Origin: Octopus sinensis
Taxonomy: Eukaryota
Assembly: GCF_006345805.1 (NCBI RefSeq)
Contig: NC_042999.1
Location: 22,506,001 to 22,570,000 of the forward strand
Length of the DNA: 64,000 nucleotides
Direction of reading: 5' to 3'
Shown: one piece after another, positions 1-10,779 of the stretch
Numbering within the stretch: the stretch's first letter is position 1
Layout: every line of letters starts with the position of its first letter
Position numbers and translations under genes: made by a program
Notes under the pieces: model-generated
Databases searched by the model: none
The model's input: only the letters and a program-made list of their open reading frames with translations
Told to the model about the DNA's origin: nothing

Positions 1-14
1 GTGTGTGTGTGTGT

Positions 15-51
<37 letters not shown>

Positions 52-84
52 TGGTTTAACTATCAAACTCGGAATAGATAAATT

Positions 85-485
85 TATAATTAATTCTTTC
101 TACTGGAGGTACAGGGCCTGAAATTTGCGGGAAGGGATTAAGTCGATTACATCGACCCCAGTGTGTAACTGGTACTTATTTAATCGACCCCGAAAGGATG
201 AAAGGCAAAGTCGACCTCGGCGGAATTTGAACTCAGAACGTAACGGCAGACGAAATACCTATTTCTTTACTACCCACAAGGGGATAAACACAGAGAGGAC
301 AAACAAGGACAGACAAACGGATTAAGTCGATTATATCGACCCCAGTGCGTAACTGGTACTTAATTTATCGACCCCGAAAGGATGAAAGGCAAAGTCGACC
401 TCGGCGGAATTTGAACTCAAAACGTAGCGGCAGACGAAATACCACTAAGCATTTCGCCCGGCGTGCTAACGTTTCTGCCAGCACT
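85..485 (-). mobile_element. tRNA-derived SINE family B, tandem dimer
   Basis: The minus strand reads a head with A box (GGCAGAAACGTTAGCA) and B box (GAGTTCAAATTCC), then a body and a tail ending CCCCTTGTGGGTAGTAAAGAAATA. Two units lie head-to-tail, and more than 10 related copies occur in the window. Confidence 0.85.
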
Positions 486-785
486 TTTCTTCCTATAAGC
501 CATAAACCATCGACGACTTTTCTCCTCTATTCTCAACGTTGGGCTATCTTTTCTGTTTCTCTCCAGCTGGATCCCCAACTCTTTCAGCTCTGCCCCCAAT
601 ATCATTTCGGATTTTATTGCACTGTGCCATATGTTTCCCAAACAGAAGATCTTCATTTCCAGATTGTATTTGTTTTGAAAAATCATTGATGCTTCTGTAA
701 CTACCTTTTTTTTTTGATGTGATGGTTATTGGCCCTACGCAAACCCATTTTTTTTACTTCTGGAAGGTGATCCATATTAGTCTAC

Positions 786-1192
786 ACCAAGGTTCTCAAC
801 CAGAGTTCATATGGTTTCGTCCCACTGCATGCATCTCGGGAAGGTTTGGGTATCTAAACTTCCACGCCTGAAGAACTTGTCCCGAACAAGTAATGACTCA
901 TATAGCAGTGCCATGCCAAATAGCAAATGGGGATCCACAATAATATTTTAAGGACCCCTGAAAATATTTTGCTTTAGACGTATTTACTTGTATGTATTGC
1001 AAGAAAAAGCCATGTTTCTTTCTCTCACAATTTACATTGTTCATCCCAAACAAGTTCATGTGTGAAAATCAAAATAGGAATTTTGAAAGAATTTTCCATA
1101 AAACTGATTTATAAACATCAAATGGCGATAGGGGTCTACCAGAATAAAATAGTAATCAAAGGGGTTCATAGATAAAAGAAAAAAATGGTTAC
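786..1192. mobile_element. Possible hAT-type MITE remnant
   Basis: Left end CCAAGGTTCTCAACC, GGGGTC-type subterminal motifs, and a right end (…ATAGATAAAAGAAAAAATGGTT) cut by a SINE. No TSD seen. Confidence 0.35.
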
Positions 1193-1202
1193 TCTTCTTT
1201 TT

Positions 1203-1518
1203 TACTCTTTTACTTGTTTCAGTCATTTGACTGCGGCCGAACCGCTAAGTAACGGGGACGTAAACACACCAGCATCGGTTGTCAAGCAATGCTAGGGGGA
1301 CAAACATAGACACACAAACATATACACACACATATATATATATATACATATATACGACAGGCTTCTTTCAGTTTCCGTCTACCAAATCCACTCACAAGGC
1401 ATTGGTTGGCCCGGGGCTATAGCAGAAGACACTTGCCCAAGATGCCACGCAGTGGGACTGAACCCGGAACCATGTGGTTGGTCAGCAAGCTACTTACCAC
1501 ACAGCCACTCCTGCGCCT
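1203..1518 (-). mobile_element. tRNA-derived SINE family A (CORE-like), internally deleted
   Basis: Head AGGCGCAGGAGTGGCTGTGTGGTAAG…GGTTCCGGGTTCAGTCCC, CORE-like CTTGGGCAAGTGTCTTCT, internal (TA/CA)n, and tail GCAGTCAAATGACTGAAACAAGTAAAAGAG. Confidence 0.85.
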
Positions 1519-1547
1519 ATTTGAGAACTTCTGGTCTAGATTCTTTC

Positions 1548-1834
1548 GATCTTTTCACTTTGACCGGCAGATTTTTAAAATAATTTCTTTGTAACTAAAC
1601 ACTTTTAAACTTCGTATACTGGTAGAATGTGTTACATAAAACATCTTTTTCTATTGGCTTTCTTGAGAAAATTCTGTAGTTTGTAAGCTATTTGTTGTTT
1701 AATTTCTTGCATTTCGGCAATTTCAACCAATCAATGACGTCTATTGAGGTGAATACAATTTCTGCCGTGGTGTGTCAACAACATTTTCTGGCGGTGTCAT
1801 ATTTTTAAAATCTGCCGGTCAAAGTGAAAAGATC
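1548..1834. mobile_element. MITE, GATCTTTTC-TIR family
   Basis: TIRs of about 32 bp, GATCTTTTCACTTTGACCGGCAGATTTTTAAAA … TTTTTAAAATCTGCCGGTCAAAGTGAAAAGATC. The body is homologous to copies at 52.2-56.9 kb. Confidence 0.8.
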
Positions 1835-1944
1835 CGATTCTTTCTTTTCACCTGTCCCAACGTGGCGGAGTGGGGGTACCAAAGGCTTGCGCTCCGTCGG
1901 CATAACGCTAAAGGGTCACAAAAGCACATAAGGTTTGGACTTTT

Positions 1945-2215
1945 GTGTCGGTTCGGACCTATTTAAGTACGTCAAATACATTCGGAAAGTGTTGGTTGAC
2001 CCGGGATAACGGACATTGGGACCGAACCCGAAACAAAGTAGTGGCGAAAAGAATTTCTTAACCACACGACCAACGCCGCATCTAACAAGTATCGATTTAA
2101 TACTTTATTTATCGATCCCGAAATGATAAAATGGGAAAGTTGACCTCGGTGGGATTTGAACTCGGCACGCAATCAGTACCCGGAACAAATAACACGAAGC
2201 ATTTTATCCGACGTT
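1945..2215 (-). mobile_element. Diverged SINE-B-like fragment
   Basis: Contains TACTTTATTTATCGATCCCGAAATGATAAAATGGGAAAGTTGACCTCGGTGGGATTTGAACTC, matching the family B body. Confidence 0.5.
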
Positions 2216-2244
2216 CATACGACTCTGCACACACACAAACACAC

Positions 2245-2635
2245 ATACTCTTTTACTCTTTTACTTGTTTCAGTCATTTGACTGTGGCCATGCTGGAGCA
2301 CCGCCTTTAGTCGAGCAAATCGACCCCAGGACTTATACACAACACACACATATATGTATATATATGAGTGTATGCGTGCATATATGGGTATGTGCACGTG
2401 TATATATCTATTTCTTTACTACCCACAAGGGGCTAAACACAGAGAGGACTAACAAGGACAGAAAAACGGATTAAGTCGATTATATCGACCCCAGTGGGTA
2501 ACTGGTACTTAATTTATCGCCCCCGAATGGATGAAAGGCAAAGTCAACCCCGGCGGAATTTGAACTCAGAACGTAGCGGCAGACGAAATACGGCTACGCA
2601 TTTCGCCGGGCGTGCTAACGTTTCTGCCAGCTCGC
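2245..2635 (-). mobile_element. SINE-A 3' fragment plus a full SINE-B
   Basis: SINE-A tail at 2245-2340 and SINE-B at 2410-2635 match the other copies. Confidence 0.8.
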
Positions 2636-2690
2636 ACGTGTATATATATTTTTGTGTGTATAGATAGATATGTTTCTTTATTAGCCACAC

Positions 2691-2781
<91 letters not shown>

Positions 2782-2789
2782 TAGATAGA

Positions 2790-3095
2790 TATGTTTCTTT
2801 ATTAGCCACACAGGGCTGCACACAGACAGGACAAAATTACAAGGTAGAGCTTTTCTTTTGGGGGTAAAAGAAGGGGGTTTGGTTTTCGATCAAAAGGGAT
2901 CGTAAATGGAAAGAAAGAGGACAAAAAAAGGGGGAGGGGATAAAATAAAAATAAAAAAAGGGGGGGATTTGATCAATAGGGATCGTTATCACAGAAATGT
3001 CAATATGAAGTATAAAGGGGAGTACAGGTGAGGTTTACCCGTGGAAAGAAAAGCCTACGGAAAAGACCACGGTAACCTCGGTCAATGAAGTCACA
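2790..3095 (-). mobile_element. 3' end of a non-LTR retrotransposon abutting (GATA)n, copy 1
   Basis: The minus strand is pyrimidine-rich like a 3'UTR and ends GCCCTGTGTGGCTAATAAAGAAAC, followed by (TATC/TGTC)n. A near-identical second copy is at 14157-14560. Confidence 0.6.
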
Positions 3096-3096
3096 T

Positions 3097-3504
3097 ACTC
3101 TTTTACTCTTTTACTTGTTTCAGTCATTTGACTGCGGCCATGCTGGAGCACCGCCTTTAGTCGAGCAAATCGACCCCGGAACTTATTCTTTGTAAGCCCA
3201 GGACTTATTCTATCGGTCTCTTTTGCCGAACCGCTAAGTTACGGGGACGTAAACACACCAGCATTGATTGTCAGGCAATGCTAGTGGGACAAACACAGAC
3301 ACACAAACACACACACATACATATAAATATACATACATATATACGACGGGCTCCTTTCAGTTTCCGTCAACCAAATCCACTCACAAGGCATTGGTCGGCC
3401 CGGTGTTATAGCAGAAGACACTTGCCCAAGATGCCACGCAGTGGGACTGAACCCGGAACCATGTGGTTGTTAGCAAGCAACTTACCACACAGCCACTCCT
3501 GCGC
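3097..3504 (-). mobile_element. SINE family A, full length
   Basis: Complete head, CORE-like segment, microsatellite and tail. Confidence 0.9.
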
Positions 3505-3845
3505 CTTGTTATATTTCTTTTTTTTTTCTTTTTTTTTTGCAAATAAGCAACTCTCTGTATTAGACAGATAGATAGACAGATAGACAGATAGATAGACAGG
3601 TAGACAGATAGATAGACAGATAGACAGATTTGGCCGCGGTAACTTAAAACAGTTAAAGAACTTAGGAACATCTGCAAATAAACAAACGTTAAGAAACGCA
3701 CGTATATATACATTAACACACTCACACACATATACCTTCATATACACGTGCATATAAACTTATAAGCAAATATTTTCCACCGCCACGAAGTTCTATATAT
3801 ATCTCCGCCTCGTCTTTTAAATGCCGCTTACCGACATCTCTTCCC

Positions 3846-3885
<40 letters not shown>

Positions 3886-4099
3886 CCCTCCTCCTCCTCC
3901 TAACCATTCAGACCGACCTCACACAGATCTCAACTCGATTCAGTCAGTCGACGCCTGCTACCCCCAAAACATGTTACAACAACGTTTCTAAACAGAAACG
4001 ACTTTTTACTTCTTGTTCTTTCATTACTACTACTGCTACTACTACTAATATTATTTTCTAATTTTGGCATAAGTCCTGTAGTTTTCTTTTTTGTTTGTT

Positions 4100-4905
4100 T
4101 TTAAGATGAGGCGGGTAGTCGATTACATCGACCCCGGGTGCTTGACTAGTACTTTATTTTATCGACTGCAAAAAAGACGAATGACAAAGTTGGCCCCGAC
4201 AGAATTTGAACTCAGAACGTAAAACTAGAAGGAATACCCCTTTAGCATTTCGTCCGGGCAGTAGCGATTCTGCCAACACGCCGTCTTATTAATAACCCTT
4301 TTTACTATAGACACAAGGCTTGAACATTTTGTCAGGGTGGGGCTAGTAAATTACAGTACTTAACTGGTACTTCGACCAAGAAAGAATGAAAGATAAAGTT
4401 GACCTCGGCGGAATTTGAACTCAGAACATAAAGACGGACGAAATGCCGCTAAACTTTTCGCCCGGCGTGCTAAAGTTTCCGCCAGCTTGCCACCTTAATA
4501 ATAAACCTTTCTATTATAGGTACAAGACGTGAAATTTGGGGGAAGGAGGAAAAACGATCACATCGACCCCAGCAGTTCATTGGTATTTAATTTATGGGTC
4601 CCCAAAATGATGAAGGCAAAGTCGACCTTGGCGGAATTTGAACTCAGAACGTAGCGGCAGACGAAATGCCTATTTCTTTACTAACCCACAAGGGGCTAAA
4701 CACAGAGGAGACAAACAAGGACAGACAAAGGGATTAAGTCGATTATATCGACCCCAGTGCGTAACTGGTACTTATTTAATCGACCCCGAAAGGAGGAAAG
4801 GCAAAGTCGACCTCGGCGGAATTTGAACTCAGAACGTAACGGCAGACGAAATTCGGCTACACATTTCGACCGGCGTGCTAACATTTCTGCCAGCTCGCCG
4901 CCTTA
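4100..4905 (-). mobile_element. Cluster of SINE-B and B-like copies
   Basis: At least four successive copies of the AAAGTCGACCTCGGCGGAATTTGAACTCAGAACGTA motif, including a dimer at 4540-4905. Confidence 0.8.
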
Positions 4906-5014
4906 ATATTAATAATAATACTAGAAATAATAATAGTCCTTTCTACTGGAAACACAAGGCCTGCATTTTTTGTGGGCGGGGTGGACTCGATTACATCAAC
5001 ACCAGTACTTGACT

Positions 5015-5248
5015 TTTTACTCTTTACTCTACTCTTTTATTTGTTTCAGTCATTTGCCTGTGACCATGCCGGAGCACCGAATTTAGTCGAGCAAATCGAC
5101 CCCAGGACTTATTCTTTGTAAGCCTAGTACTTATTTTATCGCTCTCTTTTGCCGAACCGCTATGTTACGGGGACGTAAACACACCAGCATCGATTATCAA
5201 GCGATGTTGGGGGGACAAACACAGACACACAAACATATATACACACGC

Positions 5249-5328
<80 letters not shown>

Positions 5329-5494
5329 TACGACGGGCTTCTTTCAGTTTCCGTCTACCAAATCCACTCACAAAGCTTTGGTCGGCCCGAGGCTATAGTA
5401 GAAGACACTTGCACAAGGTGCCACGCAGTGGGATTGAAAGCGGAACCATGTGGTTGGTAAGCAAGTTATTTACCACACAGCCACTCCTACGCCT
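5015..5494 (-). mobile_element. SINE family A, full length, joined to a U6 3' end
   Basis: Complete element; its 5' AGGCGTAGGAGTGG lies 3 nt after the U6 oligo-U. Confidence 0.9.
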
Positions 5495-5497
5495 ACT

Positions 5498-5589
5498 AAA
5501 AATATATGGAAAACTTCACGAATTTGCGTGTCATCCTTGCGCAGGGGCCATACTAATCTTCTCTGTATCGCTCCAATTTTAGTATATGT
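5498..5589 (-). pseudogene. U6: U6 snRNA pseudogene, 5'-truncated
   Basis: The minus strand reads ACATATACTAAAATTGGAGCGATACAGAGAAGATTAGTATGGCCCCTGCGCAAGGATGACACGCAAATTCGTGAAGTTTTCCATATATTTTT. The ACAGAGA box is intact, the 5' stem-loop (~17 nt) is missing, and the catalytic AGC is changed to AGT. Confidence 0.93.
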
Positions 5590-5689
5590 CCCTTTTTTTT
5601 CTTAAAGATAATTGTAAACAGTGACGGAAACCACAAAAATCCGAATTTGAACCTATAACATACATTTCAAATTCCACCAATGTCGACTT

Positions 5690-6240
5690 CGTTTTTCAAA
5701 GATAATACTTTCAAATTTTATCCCAGTGACAGAAGTTTTGAAGGGAGAGGGTCACTTGGTACCATCGATCCCCAGCAATTGACTGATACATCATTTTATT
5801 GGTTCCCGGAAAGATAAAAGACAAACCTGACTCGGCCAGATTTGAACGCAGAACGTAAAGATCCAGAACAAATACCACACAGCATTTTTTCCGACGCTCT
5901 AACGATTCTGCCAATCAGCCTCCCTAAGTATGCCTTTCTATTATAGGCACAAATCAGCGAACCTTGGGGAGGAGGGAAATTACACCGACCCCAGTGCACA
6001 ACTGATTCATATTTTATCGACCCTGAAAGAAGTCGACCTCGGCGGAATTTGAACTCAGAACGTAAAGACGGATAAAATGCCGCTAAGCATTTTGTCCGGC
6101 GTGCTAGCAATTCTGAAGAAAGTGGGTTAGTTAGTAAATTATATCGACCTCAGTAAGTGGATGGGACATTATTTTATCGACCCTGGAAGGATAAAAGGCA
6201 AAGATGGTCTCGTTGAGATTTGAACCCAGAACGTGAAGAA
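5690..6240 (-). mobile_element. Cluster of diverged SINE-B-like copies
   Basis: Three degenerate copies of the ATCGACCC…GATTTGAAC…AGAACGT body. Confidence 0.65.
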
Positions 6241-6854
6241 GAAGAAGAACAACAACAACAACGACAACAAGGGAAGGAGGAGGGAAGGGGTGAGAAGATG
6301 ATGACGAAGGAGAAGAAGAAGAACAACAACAACTAACATGATAATATTCCCCATCATCAATTCTTCCAACATATTGTTCTCTTTAGACAGTGGGGATGGG
6401 GAGTTCTTCGTGTTTGGGTGTGGGGTTAGTATTTTCTTTTTTTCTTTTTGCGATTCTAGACCCCTTTTTACCCAATTCTAGACCCTACCACCTAAATGGC
6501 TGTTCCATATCTTCTAAGAAGCCGTTCGTCAGATTGTCAAAATGATCATCTTCAATGCAATTAGATGCCGGTATCATTTCAAAAGACGCAAAAACATTGG
6601 TTTTACTTTACATAAGTGTAACCAGGTACAGAACATATAATACAATCATGAGGATTTTGCTGTATGTATTTATAGAAAAAAAAAAACCGACAAATGACAT
6701 ATACACGCTAGCAAAAAAATGATATTACAATATGACTATGATTCATATGTTTTAGATTATTGAATCGGTACATTTACTTGCTTACCCATTAGTTTTATTA
6801 CAAAAAACAAAGAAGTTTTGTACTTTTTTTGTGTATATGCATCTTAACGTCTAG

Positions 6855-7275
6855 ACAACGCCGAGGCCAGATGTAGTTGTGTGGTCTGAAAAGGTAAAGA
6901 AAATAATCCTGATAGAGCTTAAAGCCCTGTGAGAAACTAGGTGCGATCGGGCCTTTGAATGGAAGCATGCCAAGTACGAGAGCCCTTTTTCAGGATTGTA
7001 GGGAGAAGGGATGGCAGTTGATAGATTGGTTTGCAGGGGATGCCTTGCCTAGTCAGTATGGAGAACGCTTACAGACATTGGAAGAAGAGAGGAAAAGCGA
7101 AATGTAGCCGTGCGCAAGATGCAAGTGGAAACAGAAAAAAGTTTTCTTGCTGGTGGTGGAGCAAGAGAGAGGAAACCAGAGATAATGAATACTGATTTGG
7201 CCACCACTGATGATCCATCAACGGGAGGGTGCTACGGTTCAGGGTCGAAACGCCCAATGATCGTTGGATACTATC
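6855..7275 (+). mobile_element. HERO-like non-LTR retrotransposon 3' fragment (restriction-like endonuclease domain), decayed
   Basis: Manual translation from 6855 gives TTPRPDVVVWSEKVKKIILIELKAL*ETRCDRAFEWKHAKYES…RLVCRGCLA*SVWRTLTDIG…. This matches the RLE motif RPD-x-IIELTVPWE…K-KY and the C-terminal VGCRG motif. It carries stops and a frameshift, then a 3'UTR-like segment. Confidence 0.8.
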
Positions 7276-7279
7276 TAAT

Positions 7280-7844
7280 AAATGTTCCCTCTCGAGCGAT
7301 GCCTGGCTCACAAGGGCCGGTTTCCCGGTTTCAGTGGCGTATAGGTTCCCCTCCTGGACGGGACGCCAGTCCGTCCCAGGTGAGCTGCAAGATGCAGGAG
7401 GAAAGAGTGAGAGAAAGTTGTGGCGAAAGAGTCAGCAGAAGAGTCAGAAAGAGTCAGCCATTACCTTCTGCCGGAGCCACATGGAGCTTAGGTGTTTCGC
7501 TCATAAACACACACATCGCCCGGTCTGAGATTCGAACACGCGATCCCTCGACCGCGAGTCCGCTACTCTAACCACTAGGCCATGTACCTCCACAATGTTC
7601 CTTCTCGAGCCATGCCAAGCTCATAAGGGCCGGCTTCCCGGTTTCAGTGGCGTATAGGTTCACCACATGGACGGGACGCCGGTCCGTCGCAGCGTTACTC
7701 ATTTTTGCCAGCTGAGTGGACTGGAGCAACGTGAAAATGAAGTGTTTTGCTCAAGAACACAACGCATCGATCGGTCCAGGAATCGAAACCACAATCTTAC
7801 GATCATGAGTTCAACACCCTAACCACTAAGCCACGCGCTTCCCC
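7280..7844 (-). mobile_element. Head-to-tail SINE pair (family C 7280-7593, family D 7594-7844) inside a 15-bp TSD
   Basis: The heads GGAGG…TGGCCTAGTGGTTAG and GCGCGTGGCTTAGTGGTTAG share one 3' tail. The flanking repeats are TGGATACTATCTAAT (7265) and TGGATACTATCCAAT (7845). Confidence 0.8.
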
Positions 7845-7954
7845 TGGATACTATCCAATGACACTAATTCCTCCGGGTCAAAACTACATTCACCAAAAGT
7901 GAATGAAGAAGTAGCATCTTCTTTTAGATGCTATCAATATCACAACACAGGCTA

Positions 7955-8170
7955 TGGCGGCAAGATGGCAGAATCGTTACCGTACTGAGGAAAATGCTTA
8001 GCAGCGTTTCGTCTGTTTTTACGTTCTGGGTTCGAATCCCGTCGAGGAATTTCCGTTCATCAAATTCCGTTCATCCTTTCTGGGTCGATAAAATAAGTAC
8101 CAGCTGAGTACTAGGCTCGGTGTAATCGACTTACCCACAACCCGCTGGCCTTGTGCCAAAATTTGAACTC
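7955..8170 (+). mobile_element. Diverged SINE-B-like copy
   Basis: GGCGGCAAGATGGCAGAATCGTTA…GGGTTCGAATCCC A/B boxes followed by the family B body. Confidence 0.65.
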
Positions 8171-8267
8171 AATATCAAGCACCGACTCTTACTAATTCAA
8201 AAATGTTGAATCGGTGTGTCAATTACTGACAAGGTTTACAAGGTTTACTGACAAGGTTTACTGACAA

Positions 8268-8765
8268 GTGGAGGCGCAATGGCCTAGTGGTTAGGGCAGC
8301 GGACTTGCGGTCGGAGGATCGCGGTTTCGATTCCCAGACCGGGCGTTGTGTGTGTTTATTGAGCGAAAAAAACACCTAAAAGCTCCACGAGGCTCCGGCA
8401 GGAGGTGGTGATCCCTGCTGTACTCTTTCACCACTCTAAAGGCGGTGCTCCAGCATGGCCGCAGTCAAATGACTGAAACAAGTACAAAAAAAAAAAAAAA
8501 AAAAGTTGCTTGAATGTTATGCGGAGGCGCGTGGTTTAGTGGTTAGGGTGTCAGCATCATAATCGTAAGATTGTGGTTTCGATTCCTGGACCGAGCGACG
8601 CGTTGTATTCTTGAGCAAAACACTTCATTTCACGTTGCTCCATTCCACTCAGCTGGCAAAGATGAGTAACGCTGCGACGGACTGGCGTCCTGTCCAGCTG
8701 AGGAACACATACGCCATAGAAAGCGGGAAACCGGGCCCATGAGCCTGGCTAGGCTTTAAAAAGGG
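8268..8765 (+). mobile_element. SINE-C head fused to a SINE-A tail (8268-8490), followed by SINE-D (8520-8765)
   Basis: GGAGGCGCAATGGCCTAGTGGTTAGGGCAGCGGAC…GGTTTCGATTCCC, then GGCGGTGCTCCAGCATGGCCGCAGTC, then a second tRNA-like head. Confidence 0.8.
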
Positions 8766-8957
8766 TGCATTTATTTTTTATTTTATTTACTTGAATGTTA
8801 TCCGAGATATCAACTCGATATTTCGCTGTTTCTAAGTTCATTAATGTTGAGAATCTTAATTCAGATCGGTACGTAGTTGTGAAAGGAACCAGATTCGTCC
8901 TTTGACTTTATTACCAAGCTTAATTAATCTTCGATATGATATGCTGCTGCTGCCTCT

Positions 8958-9295
8958 GAGATCCCCTTCGGTCATAACTGACCGTGGGATTGTACCTAGA
9001 AAGTTATCCTCCTAGGCACAAGTCCGGGCATGGTTGTTTATGGAAGACCTACAGTCGCCCATGCATACCGGGCTCCTCTCTCCACGCCACCAGTGTTATC
9101 CAAGGAAAGGCAAAGGGGCCGATACAGCTTGGCACCTGTGACGTCGCAACTCATTTCTACAGCTGAGTGAAGTGGAGCAACGTGAAATAAAGTGTCTTGC
9201 TCAAGAACACAACACGCAGCCCGGTCCGGGATTCGAACTCACAACCTCACGATCGTAAGCTCAACGCTCTAACCACTGACCCATGCGCCTTCACA
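8958..9295 (-). mobile_element. SINE-D-headed element with a distinct 3' tail
   Basis: Minus-strand head GTGAAGGCGCATGGGTCAGTGGTTAGAG…GAGTTCGAATCCC, then TTGAGCAAGACACTTTATTTCACGTTGCTCC. Confidence 0.75.
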
Positions 9296-9594
9296 ATCTT
9301 CGATCTACTCAAACAAAAATTACTCATTAATCATTTCGAAATAAGCATTCTTTCGTCTTTTGTTCTTTTTTATTCTTGGAAACTTAATCAACTCATTCTC
9401 TGTTATACCGCTGCTATTCATCGCAGATACACCAAAGAAGAAAGAATTTTGGAAATATTACAATTTCTATTCTGATCCAATAACTGAGAAGTATTCCTCA
9501 CAATTGGTACTTAGAATTTTCATATGGTTCTTCGCTTCTTGAAAATTTCTACATATAATGTTTTAGCTCCTCCACTTAGGTTATCTGTTTATTT

Positions 9595-9818
9595 AGTACC
9601 AACAAGGGGCTAAACACAGAGAGGACAAACAAGGACAGACAAACGGATTAAGTCGATTACACAGACACCAGTGCGTAACTGGTACTTATTTAATAGACCC
9701 CGAAAGGATGAAAGGCTAAGTCGACCTCGGCGGAATTTGAACTCAGAACGTAACGGCAGACGAAATACGGTTACGAATTTCGCCCGGCGTGCTAACGTTT
9801 CTGCCATCTCGCCGCCTA
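9595..9818 (-). mobile_element. SINE family B
   Basis: Full head and body match. Confidence 0.85.
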
Positions 9819-10058
9819 AAGTGATCGCACCTCCACTTAGGATATCGACAAAGATTGGAACGTATGCTTGATTTCCGTTTTCAAGATGGAATAACTATGT
9901 TGAAAATCTCATATTTGTAACAAGCTTTTCTTTTGTCATAGATATTGTTCACATCCTTTCCCCGCATCGATATATTCAAATCAGTGAGGATATTAAAAAT
10001 ATCAGCCGAAACGGTTGAAATATTAAGGATACAGATGCATTCAATTTGTTCCGCAAAA

Positions 10059-10282
10059 TAACTTACAATATTGCTTGAATCACAGAAGCTAAGATCAGAA
10101 ATGGAATTTCAAATTAAATTACAGATATAAACTGTTATAGTAATTATATGTATAAATATTTGGCAATTATAAACTTACAATATTGCTCGAATCACAGAAG
10201 CTAACTTTAGAAATGGAATTTCAAATTGAATTACAGATATGAGCTGTTATTGCAATTATATGAATAAATATCTGGTAATTAT
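10059..10282. repeat. Tandem duplication, 2 x ~112 bp
   Basis: ACTTACAATATTGCTYGAATCACAGAAGCTAA…GAAATGGAATTTCAAATT starts at both 10061 and 10173. Confidence 0.85.
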
Positions 10283-10301
10283 AACAACAATATTTCTTTT
10301 A

Positions 10302-10466
10302 GGCGGCGCAGGAATGGCTTTGTGGTTAACAGGCTCGCTTTGCAACCATGTGGCACCTTGGGCAAGTATTTTCTACTATAGCTCCGAGGTGACCAATGCC
10401 TTGTGAGTGAATTTGGTTGTCGGAAACTGTATGGAAGCCTGTCATGTATATGTGAGTGCGTGTGTA

Positions 10467-10500
<34 letters not shown>

Positions 10501-10660
10501 TGTGTGTGTGTGTCTGTGTGTGTATTTTTGCGTTTGTGTGTTTGTCCCCGCCACCGCTGGAGAACAGGTGTTGGTTTGTTTACGTCCTCATGACTTAGCG
10601 GTTCAGTAAAAGATACAGGAAGTATAAGTACCAGACTTTAAAAAAAATTAGTACTGGGGT
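10302..10660 (+). mobile_element. Diverged SINE family A
   Basis: GGCGGCGCAGGAATGGCTTTGTGGTTAA head, CCTTGGGCAAGT core and a (TG)n interior. Confidence 0.75.
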
Positions 10661-10779
10661 TCGACTAAACCAGGGTTGGGGAAACTTTTTAGTGCGGCGG
10701 GCAAAAATTTCCTAAGAAAAAGGTCCGCGGGCGGATCATAAGTTCTAATTCTTATATCTGTATAAATCTTGTATATATC

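Noticed and set aside
8268-8345. SINE heads (families A-D) as tRNA genes
   Set aside because: They have A/B boxes but no complete acceptor stem, and they run directly into SINE bodies.
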